NCBI GenBank assembly: GCA_934157035.1
Contig: CAKPHG010000003.1
Span: 8,489-72,488, forward strand
Length of the DNA stretch: 64,000 bases
Direction: 5' to 3'
Source of the DNA: an uncultured Clostridia bacterium
GTDB lineage: Bacteria > Bacillota > Clostridia > TANB77 > CAG-508
In this document: positions 38,630-46,441 of the stretch, piece by piece
Numbering within the stretch: the first letter of the stretch is position 1
How the letters are laid out: each line of letters opens with the position of its first letter
Translations under genes and position numbers: made by a program
The notes under the pieces: model-generated
The model's database searches: none
The model's input: the letters and a program-made list of their open reading frames with translations, nothing else
What the model was told of the DNA's origin: nothing

Positions 38630-39055
38630 TCAGTCAAGTTCATGAATTGAACCTGTCGTTACTACGCTGTCATTCTCCGAATACTTTTCAGCTTGATTCA
38701 TTGCTTCTTCAACACTCTTTGCCATCGGACAACCATACAGACATCTCATAGAACCAGGACTTCGATATACTGGTCTAGGTTCAGGTTCTCCAGGAACAAT
38801 GATAATACCACTGTCTTCCTTAATGCCTAAGTCTTCCAGCGACCTATATTCATCTTTGCAAATCTCAACCTTACCATTTTCAGTGTTAAGATACACTTTA
38901 GTAGTGAGATACGAATTGCGATAAGATGAAATAAATCCCAAGTCCCTGAGCTGCGCTTTGAGTTGAACCTCATCGATGTCATACGGAATTGTTACTTGTC
39001 TTGCTTCCCTCCGATTAAAAGTCACAAGAACGTGAATAGTCTTTCTTTCAGCCAT
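38630..39055 (-). CDS. small protein: beta-grasp/ubiquitin-like-looking N-terminal part plus Cys-containing tail (candidate substrate of the radical SAM/JAB enzyme)
   Basis: 141 aa with RBS AAGGAAGG. IHVLVTFN...VTIPYDIDEVQLKAQLRDLGF...GIIIVPGEPEP, then SPGSMRCLYGCPMAKS. Fold assignment is by pattern only. Contains an in-frame CGG at codon 15 (39013..39011) with the zero frame continuing. Confidence 0.5.
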   Translation of the reverse strand: MAERKTIHVLVTFNRREARQVTIPYDIDEVQLKAQLRDLGFISSYRNSYLTTKVYLNTENGKVEICKDEYRSLEDLGIKEDSGIIIVPGEPEPRPVYRSPGSMRCLYGCPMAKSVEEAMNQAEKYSENDSVVTTGSIHELD

Positions 39056-39193
39056 AATAGTACCTTCCTTTCGTTGAATAATATAAAGCTAATTTGTTAC
39101 TAAAAACTACCCTCCTTAAATTTGTTTTCGAGTTTTACTATTTAAGCAATCACTCTATATTCAAAACTTGCAATCTGCAAATTTTATGTTACC

Positions 39194-39222
39194 ATTATAT
39201 ATTATTTTTACTAAAAAATCAA
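39194..39222 (-). promoter_or_regulatory. sigma-A type promoter of the two-gene cassette
   Basis: Minus sense TTGATT - 17 nt - TATAAT, with a leader of about 130 nt before the 141-aa ORF. Confidence 0.55.
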
Positions 39223-39245
39223 TAGAATAATTGCATCAAGCGATT

Positions 39246-40433
39246 TTATATTTCTAAATCCAATTCTTTTTCTCTATCTTCTTTTGCTATTTGTTTTTCT
39301 GCATCTAAATAAGTTCTAGTCTCTTTTTCAAACTTTCTAATTAAATTATCTTCTGCACCCATATCAAACTTTTGACAAATCCATTCTATAAACTTTCCTA
39401 TGCTTTCTTTAAACTTATCTATTACTCTGTGTAAATGGTTATTTTCTTTTTCTAAACTTTTTATTTTGCTTTTATATTTCCACTCTAAGTCGAATTCTTT
39501 TTCTTTATATTCTGACTTAATGTTTTCTACTTGATTATGCATTTCTTCATTATCAGCTATTATTGAATCTCTTTCTTTCTGATATTTTTCCACTTCTTCA
39601 ATTATTTTAGTTTGTCTTGATAATTCTCTGTGTAATTTCAAATTATCTTTGTATAAATTTTGAATAATATCATCTTTAGGTTTTATGATTTCTTCTAAAA
39701 TCTTTTCATCTCTTTTCTTTGATAATCTGTTAATATTAATATCAGTAATATCTGGAGCATCTGGTAATTCTAATTTTATATTTTTCAAAACTTCTTTTGT
39801 TTGTTTAAAATTAGTTATTTTCTTATATTCTTCAACAGAATAATGTTTTCTGTTTGTTTCTTCTTTGGGTAAACCCCTTTGCAAATTGAATCCATTTTCC
39901 AGCATATATTTATAAAAAGCATCTTGTAATTGTCTGTAACTATCTTTTGCTTCCCAAAATTCACTACAAGCAAGTTTATCAATAGAATTTCCTTTTTTAT
40001 CAGTTGTATGAACTACTGGCAAAAAAATCAAGTGCATATGAGGTGTTTGTTCATCTCTATGCACTTTTGCAGATATTATATATTGTTCTCCTAAATCTTT
40101 ATATTCCGTTACAAATTTATATGCAGTTTCGAAAAATCTTTTTGTTTCTTCTTCGTCTATTCTTTCAAAAAAATCATGATCTGATGTTATTATATATTCA
40201 CAAGCTATATTACTTACTTTTTTAATTTGTCCTTTCAAATTATATTTCTCTCTTATTCTATCAAATTCTTTTTCGTAACTATATTGTGGTGATTTTATTG
40301 AATAATTCAAGTATGACTTTTCTTTATCTATATTATCATTTGAATAATTTTTATTTTTTCTTTCATTGTGTCTAAATATTCCTTTCAAATTTTCTCTTTT
40401 ATATTTTGTATTTCTTATTATCGCATAACTCAT
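39246..40433 (-). CDS. MobV-family relaxase (Mob_Pre plasmid recombination enzyme)
   Basis: MSYAIIRNTKYKRENLKGIFRHNERK... and HMHLIFLPV (HxH) motifs, with a coiled-coil C-terminus. Start moved to the ATG after AAGGAGG. Confidence 0.8.
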   Translation of the reverse strand: MSYAIIRNTKYKRENLKGIFRHNERKNKNYSNDNIDKEKSYLNYSIKSPQYSYEKEFDRIREKYNLKGQIKKVSNIACEYIITSDHDFFERIDEEETKRFFETAYKFVTEYKDLGEQYIISAKVHRDEQTPHMHLIFLPVVHTTDKKGNSIDKLACSEFWEAKDSYRQLQDAFYKYMLENGFNLQRGLPKEETNRKHYSVEEYKKITNFKQTKEVLKNIKLELPDAPDITDININRLSKKRDEKILEEIIKPKDDIIQNLYKDNLKLHRELSRQTKIIEEVEKYQKERDSIIADNEEMHNQVENIKSEYKEKEFDLEWKYKSKIKSLEKENNHLHRVIDKFKESIGKFIEWICQKFDMGAEDNLIRKFEKETRTYLDAEKQIAKEDREKELDLEI

Positions 40434-40558
40434 TTTTTCCTCCTTACTTGTGCTAAAACACATCTAAATTTTTATATTATTGCTCATTTTCTAATTTGTG
40501 TTGTAACACAACTACAATACTTTTTTAACGCTATTCGCTAAAAGTATTTGTTGTGGCA

Positions 40559-40575
40559 GGGAAATTATATTTCCC
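40559..40575. other. candidate oriT inverted repeat upstream of the relaxase gene
   Basis: GGGAAAT-TAT-ATTTCCC, a perfect 7-bp inverted repeat. On the mob sense it is flanked by GGGGTGTGGGG, reminiscent of MobV nick regions (GTGTG). Not verified. Confidence 0.35.
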
Positions 40576-40697
40576 CACACCCCTTTGCCAAAAAAATATC
40601 TACATATTTTTTTCGTTTTAGTTAAAATTGCTATTTGCAACTTTAACTAAAAAATCAGCTACATGAGTAGTTCATCTACTTTAGTTGCTGATTTTAT

Positions 40698-41219
40698 TTA
40701 TACAAATACGTTTGCATTTGCATATAATTTAGTTAAGTCAAAGTTTGTATAATCTCTTCCTTTATAGTCCGATTTATATTTCTTATTACTATTCGAAGTA
40801 TTATATATCTTTTTATTTTTTATATTATTTATTATATCTTTGTTATTTTCGCCTATAGGGTATGGTTGTTTTTGACTATCTGGATAGTTATTTTCTTCAA
40901 TACCCTCTTGAACTTTTTGACTATACCTATTGATGTTTTCGACTATAGGCATAATTTGTCTTTGTTCTATTTCTTTACTATCTGTTTTGTATTTTAATTT
41001 AACACTTATATATCCTTTATCTTTTAATGAACTTATTATTTTAGATACTCTTTCATGTGTTACATTTACAATATTTGCAATATATTTATTACTTGCAAAG
41101 CAACTTCCTTTTTCTTCACTCAAATATAAAACCATCGAAAGTATTATTTTCTCCTTATCTGATAAATCTTTATTTAATAAAATTTCTGCTGGTATCCATA
41201 GTCCTTTTAGCTTTTGCAT
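40698..41219 (-). CDS. winged-helix/HTH protein, plasmid replication-initiator or DnaD-like
   Basis: LSDKEKIILSMVLYLSEEKGSCFASNKYIANIVNVTHERVSKIISSLKDKGYI is a typical HTH_36-like segment. Start at the ATG after GGGAGG. Terminator hairpin at 40640..40690. Confidence 0.5.
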   Translation of the reverse strand: MQKLKGLWIPAEILLNKDLSDKEKIILSMVLYLSEEKGSCFASNKYIANIVNVTHERVSKIISSLKDKGYISVKLKYKTDSKEIEQRQIMPIVENINRYSQKVQEGIEENNYPDSQKQPYPIGENNKDIINNIKNKKIYNTSNSNKKYKSDYKGRDYTNFDLTKLYANANVFV

Positions 41220-41354
41220 TGCATAGCCTCCCTTCGTTTTTATTCGCACCACGTTCAATTTTTTGGCTTTTAAATTTGCTTTTAGTATTATTTAAAGTCA
41301 AAAAAATAAAGCCTTAAATTTTCATTTTAAAGCTTTATTACAAATTAATTATTT

Positions 41355-42602
41355 TTATATTTCTAATAATCCTATATTATCCTCAAATATTTTTTTGCAT
41401 TCTTCTTTAGTTATATCTCCTAATTTATATTTTTCATATATTTTTAGTAGAGTTTGTGTTTCTATAATCAACGATCCATATCTTGTTGCTAAATCTTTTT
41501 GATGTTCATGTATTTCTTGTCTTTCCTCTAGAGGTTTATTTCTTTGATGGTTTATAACTAGTAAACCTTTAACTTTTTCTTCTTTTCCTTCTTCATGTAA
41601 TTTATCGAAATAGTTTTGAATATGAACTTCTAGCTGTGAAACATTTTTATTTTGAATTGCAGAACTTAATCCTTTAATTTCACCAACAAAGGTTATATCT
41701 TCTTTTTTTATAAGAAAATCTTCTCTGCCTTCATCAATAAATTTACTTGAATCATACTCTAATATTTCATCTAATATTTCGAGTACAACTTTTACTAATT
41801 CATCTCCATTTGTATATAGGATACTTTTATATTCTAAATTTTTATTTAACTGTTCTTCTAATTTTATATTTTTATCTTTCAGTTTTTGTATTTTTTCATT
41901 ATTACTATTCTTATCCTCTTCCAACTGTTCATCATTATAAAATTTTATATTTTGTATCCATTTAGGCATTTCTTCTCTCTCATTATTTTCTTTACAATAA
42001 TTTGTAATAAACAATTTTAATATATCAATATTTTTTAATACATTTAAAGTTGTTAAACAAATCTTATCTTTCTGTATTGTAGTAATCTTATTACTATTTT
42101 TAGAAAAAGTAATTGCTTTAAATTCTTCTTGATAATTTGTAAAGTTAAAATCAGCGTCTATTTCTTTTTGTTCTATAGTTGTTTTTGTTTTTTCAAACGA
42201 TAATTCTAAATTTTCTACTTTAAATAAGTTCGAACTTATAATTTTTATTAAATTAGATTTGTTATCTTTTAGTTGTATTGAATGAGTATATTTATATCTT
42301 TTACTTCCTCCTACATATTCATAAGTTTGATTGTAATCAAATTCTTCATTTTGTGGCATTACTATAACTATTTTAGAAATACTACTATTTATTATTGCTT
42401 CTTTTATCGTTAACAAATCTTTATAGCAATTAACATTAGTAGGCTGTGTTTCATTATATCTCCATATATATTCATTTGATAAATCAATTATACATAATTC
42501 AAAATCATCTAAAGCTTGTATTTCTCCCAATTTCGAAATCTTATATAATTTATCTGAATATTCGCTATATTTACCCACATCATAAGTTATTATTTGTATC
42601 AT
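41355..42602 (-). CDS. hypothetical protein, coiled-coil centre and C-terminal PD-(D/E)xK-like motif (candidate nuclease/defence protein)
   Basis: 415 aa with RBS AAGGAG. C-terminal EGREDFLIKKEDITFVGEIKG...LLVINHQR resembles a D...E-x-K restriction-endonuclease-fold core. No family recognised with certainty. Confidence 0.45.
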   Translation of the reverse strand: MIQIITYDVGKYSEYSDKLYKISKLGEIQALDDFELCIIDLSNEYIWRYNETQPTNVNCYKDLLTIKEAIINSSISKIVIVMPQNEEFDYNQTYEYVGGSKRYKYTHSIQLKDNKSNLIKIISSNLFKVENLELSFEKTKTTIEQKEIDADFNFTNYQEEFKAITFSKNSNKITTIQKDKICLTTLNVLKNIDILKLFITNYCKENNEREEMPKWIQNIKFYNDEQLEEDKNSNNEKIQKLKDKNIKLEEQLNKNLEYKSILYTNGDELVKVVLEILDEILEYDSSKFIDEGREDFLIKKEDITFVGEIKGLSSAIQNKNVSQLEVHIQNYFDKLHEEGKEEKVKGLLVINHQRNKPLEERQEIHEHQKDLATRYGSLIIETQTLLKIYEKYKLGDITKEECKKIFEDNIGLLEI

Positions 42603-42823
42603 CTATTATCTCCTTCTATAAACTCTTTTTATATGCCCATATTTTACCACATTTTGTCGAAAAAATAAAGCCTAAGATTTTACTCTTAAGGCTTACACAT
42701 TATTTTCTATTTAATTACCAATCCCAATTTCACAACAGGATTTTTCTCTGCTAAGAAAACCTTTTTAATCTCAATACTTTCTGGAATAACTTGTCCAATT
42801 TTTCTACCGTTCTTTAGTGTTAC

Positions 42824-42838
42824 ATCTTTGTGTACTGT
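42824..42838. repeat. att core copy (junction in spoIIID 5' segment)
   Basis: Plus strand ATCTTTGTGTACTGT, identical to 32560..32574 and in the same codon phase of spoIIID. Confidence 0.75.
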
Positions 42839-42946
42839 AGATTTACTAACTCCAAACTTTTTTGCAGCACCTCTTACTGTATCTTTTGAATCTATAATAT
42901 AATGTGCTAACTCCATTGCACGCTCTTCAATTGAGTAACCTTTCAT
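42824..42946 (-). pseudogene. spoIIID: spoIIID 5' segment (41 codons with RBS and HTH); the track ORF 42707..42961 is a chimera running into element DNA
   Basis: The ATG after GGAGG gives MKGYSIEERAMELAHYIIDSKDTVRGAAKKFGVSKSTVHKD. Compare SpoIIID ...ERTIKIGKYIVETKKTVRVIAKEFGVSKSTVHKD. Beyond the att core the ORF continues with 40 unrelated codons. Confidence 0.8.
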
Positions 42947-43079
42947 AAAGAAAACCTCCATATTGAATACTTTTGTTTAAGTGTATTCATATGAAGGTTG
43001 TATTAGAACGTATAAATTTTTTTATATTATATTTTTAATTAGAATCATTTTACAGGAAATTAGCTCTAGTTTTATAATT

Positions 43080-44879
43080 CTATGTTCTTTCAGAGTATGC
43101 TTTGTTCTTCTGATTTATATATTCAAACATACCATCTAAATCACTATTATTAAGTCTTACAACATCTTCTTTTCCTTTTTGTTTAGCATTTTCTATTAAT
43201 TTGTTATATAAATACTCAACAACATCAAATGCAGTATTTCCCTTATTGGTTTTTATTAAGAATATTTTTTTAGCATCTATATCATGATTTGCCTTTCCTT
43301 TCACATCTCTTTGAGGGTTTTTCTCAAACATTTCTCTTAAATTTTCCCTTGAAAATTCTTCCGCAAAGACGTTATTATACTGATCTTCTATTAAAAAATC
43401 TTCTCCTTCTTTGGCATCTACTTTAAAATATATTTCATCTTTAAATCGTTTTTCCATTGCATTATATACGTCTTCTTCGTTTACTTTTTCTGTTTTTGAA
43501 TAATCTACTACATCAAAATATTTTCTATATTCCATTGGAATATCGCATATTCTTAATTTTTTAAATTCATATATAAAAGAATTTTTTATTTCTAGTACTC
43601 CTTTTCCTCCTTTAGACATATATACTCTCGACTGTTCTTCTGATTTCATTTTAGAAGCATCTCCGATTTTAGCCTTTAGTCCTTCGCTAATTATTTGTTT
43701 AAGGTTATCTTTACATGTAAAATGAAAATATGAATTATTTAAATCTATATCACTAATATTCACACTTTCAATGCCTTTCATTTCTCTATGTTTTTTTATA
43801 AATAGATCTTGCAACATTGTGTAATCTTTTTCTTGTACTTTATAAAATTCCTTTACCATATCCTGATTATTTACTAAACTTATTGCAGGAGGAACTATAT
43901 TTTTAGATATTAACATACTATTTAGTAAACACAATGCTGTTCTTTTGTTTCCATCTTCATATGGTTGTATGAACATAAAGTCAGCATATATTTTTGTTAC
44001 AGCTTTAATATATTCTTCAACACTTTGTTTACTATTATATGCACTTTCATATTCTTCTTGTAATTTTGCTATAGCCCCTGGTACTTCTTCGAATGGTATT
44101 GTATGTATTATTGGATTTTCTCTTATTCCCTCATTTGACCCTAGTGTTACAGGCTTTTGTCTATAATCTGTTCCTATTTTAGTCATTCCTATTTGACTTA
44201 CCATTTCACTTCTAAACAGCTTGCAACTTTCTTCAATATTAATTGGTCCTTGGTCTTTCTTTTTAACAAATGGAATTAAAGTCATTCTTGATATGTCTTC
44301 TATTTCTTTTATATTTTGGTATTCTGCTACACCTTTCTCTAATGTTCTATGAACTTTATCATGTGCTATAAAAGGATCTTTAGGATTTTCGGATATTGTC
44401 TTTCTTATCATTTCTCTTACTTTTTTTATATAGGAATCTTCTAACATGTTACTTTTTTCTATTTTTTTATAATGAAATGATTTTATAAATTTCTTTATTA
44501 TATTTTTTTCTTCTTCATACTTATGCTTAAATTCTTCCTCTAAATAAATTGAATCTAAGCTGATTCCGTTATGCATACTGCCATAAGCAAATTCTTTCCA
44601 TTCTTCATATTCCTCATTTGATGTTATATTTAATGAATTTCCAAATAAGGCTTCTATTGTACTTTCATCAAATTTTATATTGCTATCTAAATCAATTTGT
44701 CTATGAATACTTTCTGACTCTTTTCTGTATTCTGGAATTGAATCAAAATTAGTTTCCATATATTTATGTATCATTAACATTTTATCAATATCCATTTGAG
44801 CTATAAGTATTCTTTTTATATATTCTTGTATAGGATTAAAGCTTAATTTTTGTGATAAATTCTTTCCATTAGAAAACAT
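43080..44879 (-). CDS. Fic/Doc (Fido) domain protein with a large C-terminal extension
   Basis: FMFIQPYEDGNKRTALCLLNSML matches the Doc-type variant of the Fic motif (HxFxDxNKR) but has Gln where His is expected; 599 aa. The upstream in-frame extension has an RBS but no canonical start codon. Confidence 0.7.
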   Translation of the reverse strand: MFSNGKNLSQKLSFNPIQEYIKRILIAQMDIDKMLMIHKYMETNFDSIPEYRKESESIHRQIDLDSNIKFDESTIEALFGNSLNITSNEEYEEWKEFAYGSMHNGISLDSIYLEEEFKHKYEEEKNIIKKFIKSFHYKKIEKSNMLEDSYIKKVREMIRKTISENPKDPFIAHDKVHRTLEKGVAEYQNIKEIEDISRMTLIPFVKKKDQGPINIEESCKLFRSEMVSQIGMTKIGTDYRQKPVTLGSNEGIRENPIIHTIPFEEVPGAIAKLQEEYESAYNSKQSVEEYIKAVTKIYADFMFIQPYEDGNKRTALCLLNSMLISKNIVPPAISLVNNQDMVKEFYKVQEKDYTMLQDLFIKKHREMKGIESVNISDIDLNNSYFHFTCKDNLKQIISEGLKAKIGDASKMKSEEQSRVYMSKGGKGVLEIKNSFIYEFKKLRICDIPMEYRKYFDVVDYSKTEKVNEEDVYNAMEKRFKDEIYFKVDAKEGEDFLIEDQYNNVFAEEFSRENLREMFEKNPQRDVKGKANHDIDAKKIFLIKTNKGNTAFDVVEYLYNKLIENAKQKGKEDVVRLNNSDLDGMFEYINQKNKAYSERT

Positions 44880-45142
44880 TTCTTTAACTGCTTCTATTCC
44901 TTTTTCTTCAATATTTATATATATTTTTTCTGCTGAATCTTTTACATTTTCTATTTCTATACTACCTCACCTCTTTTGTTTCACACCTATATATCTTTAG
45001 CTTGTTTTCTAAATAATTAAAAACTATTTTTATTATACACTATTAGATTATTTTTTCAAGTTCATAAATTTTTAATTTCTACTTTTCTTCTTAAAGTATA
45101 TTTTTTCATTCTTTGGAAATAATTTATTTAGGTGGTGATAAT

Positions 45143-45316
45143 ATGACAAGTAAAGAGCTTTTATATGTTGAAGATGCTTTAGGGCATGAATGTTATATGA
45201 AAACATGTGCTAAAAAAACTTCTTCTCAATTAACAGATCTTACTCTTTCTACTTATGTAGCAGAGTTAGAGCAAAAGCATACTGATTTATTTAACAAATT
45301 TTTAAATTTATTATAG
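45143..45316 (+). CDS. small protein co-transcribed with the CotF-like gene
   Basis: 57 aa, MTSKELLYVEDALGHE..., with RBS AGGTGG. The next gene starts 10 nt downstream. Confidence 0.4.
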   Translation: MTSKELLYVEDALGHECYMKTCAKKTSSQLTDLTLSTYVAELEQKHTDLFNKFLNLL

Positions 45317-45325
45317 GAGGTACTT

Positions 45326-45571
45326 ATGGAAGATAGAGATTTAATCGAAAATGAATTATTAGTAATTAAAGGTGTATGTGATTTATATCTTCATGGAACA
45401 ATAGAATCTTCTACTGCTGAAGTTCACATGGCTTTTAAAGATGCTTTAAATGAATCTTTAAATATTCAAAACAAAATTTATAATCTTATGAAAGAAAAAG
45501 GATGGTATAAAACTGATACTGCTGAACAAACTAAAATTGATACTGTTAAACAAAATTTCATGGGTAAATAA
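45326..45571 (+). CDS. spore coat protein F-like (Coat_F domain)
   Basis: 81 aa. DLIENELLVIKGVCDLYLHGTIESSTAEVHMAFKDALNESLNIQNKIYNLM resembles the Coat_F four-helix family. Confidence 0.65.
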   Translation: MEDRDLIENELLVIKGVCDLYLHGTIESSTAEVHMAFKDALNESLNIQNKIYNLMKEKGWYKTDTAEQTKIDTVKQNFMGK

Positions 45572-45579
45572 AATTTAAG

Positions 45580-45628
45580 ACCTCTGTTAATTAAGTAATG
45601 TTATAATCTTTACTTAATTAACAGAGGT
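45580..45628. terminator. bidirectional terminator (18-bp stem)
   Basis: acctctgttaattaagta ... tacttaattaacagaggt followed by tttt. Confidence 0.7.
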
Positions 45629-45650
45629 TTTATTTTATATAGCAACAAAT

Positions 45651-46151
45651 TTATTTATTAAAATATTCGCTTGTTTCTTCTAGGTTTTCAAAGTTTTTAT
45701 GTCTCAAGACTTCATATATAACTATTGCTACTGAATTAGATAAATTTAAAGAACGAAGCATACTTCTCATTGGAATTCTAATTGTTTTATCTAAATATTT
45801 TTTTAGTAAGTCTTCTGGTAAGCCTTTTGTTTCTTTTCCAAATAGTAAAAATACTTCATCAAATTTTTCATATTCTACATCTGAATAACAAGTTTGTCCT
45901 TTTGTTGTTACAAAATACATATTGTTTTCCTCTGGTTTATACTTATTTAAAAATTCTTCTAAAGATGAATGCTTTTCTATTTCTAATTTATCCCAATAGT
46001 CAAGTCCTGCTCTTTTTAATGTTTTATCTGTTATTTCAAAGCCTAATGGCTCAACTAAATGTAATTTTCCTCCTGTTGCAGCACATGTTCTTGCTATATT
46101 TCCTGTATTTTGTGGTATTTCTGGTTCTACCATTACAATGTTAATTTTCAT
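45651..46151 (-). CDS. trmL: tRNA (cytidine/uridine-34 2'-O)-methyltransferase TrmL
   Basis: INIVMVEPEIPQNTGNIARTCAATGGKLHLVEPLGF...SLNLSNSVAIVIYE parallels E. coli TrmL (YibK). Confidence 0.85.
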   Translation of the reverse strand: MKINIVMVEPEIPQNTGNIARTCAATGGKLHLVEPLGFEITDKTLKRAGLDYWDKLEIEKHSSLEEFLNKYKPEENNMYFVTTKGQTCYSDVEYEKFDEVFLLFGKETKGLPEDLLKKYLDKTIRIPMRSMLRSLNLSNSVAIVIYEVLRHKNFENLEETSEYFNK

Positions 46152-46247
46152 TTAATTCTCTCCTATCATAAAAAATTACATTATTATTATAACACCTTGA
46201 ATTCAAAAGTCAAAAATCTTGATAAGAAAATTTTTGCGAATTTTTGT

Positions 46248-46276
46248 TTGACTTTTGTGACATACTATGTTATATT
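46248..46276 (+). promoter_or_regulatory. sigma-A type promoter flanked by two Cheo-box-like (LexA) sequences
   Basis: TTGACT - 17 nt - TATATT. CGAATTTTTGTTTG (46237..46250) and CGAACATTTTTTTG (46284..46297) partly match CGAAC-N4-GTTCG. Confidence 0.45.
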
Positions 46277-46441
46277 ATTTATGCGAACATTTTTTTGATT
46301 ATTTAAAATAGTCAATCAAATAATTTGTATTTTTTCGCAACACTGTATGCCTTTATAAATTAAACAAACTAAAAATACTACAAAGGTTTATAGGTAAACC
46401 CTTATTTAAAAACCTAAATATTTATACAACGAGTGAATTAA

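Larger units (their letters stand above)
32560..42838. mobile_element. integrated mobilizable element interrupting spoIIID (serine recombinase, MobV, type III TA, radical SAM/JAB cassette)
   Basis: Bounded by identical 15-nt direct repeats. A recombinase gene lies at one end. Gene content is plasmid/defence-like. Removing it restores an 89-codon spoIIID. Confidence 0.75.

Noticed and set aside
42707-42961. Track ORF (84 aa) as an intact small SpoIIID-like regulator.
   Set aside because: Only the first 41 codons (counted from the RBS-supported ATG at 42946) match SpoIIID. The remainder is unrelated sequence beyond the 15-nt att core. The missing conserved C-terminus is found at 32571..32413.
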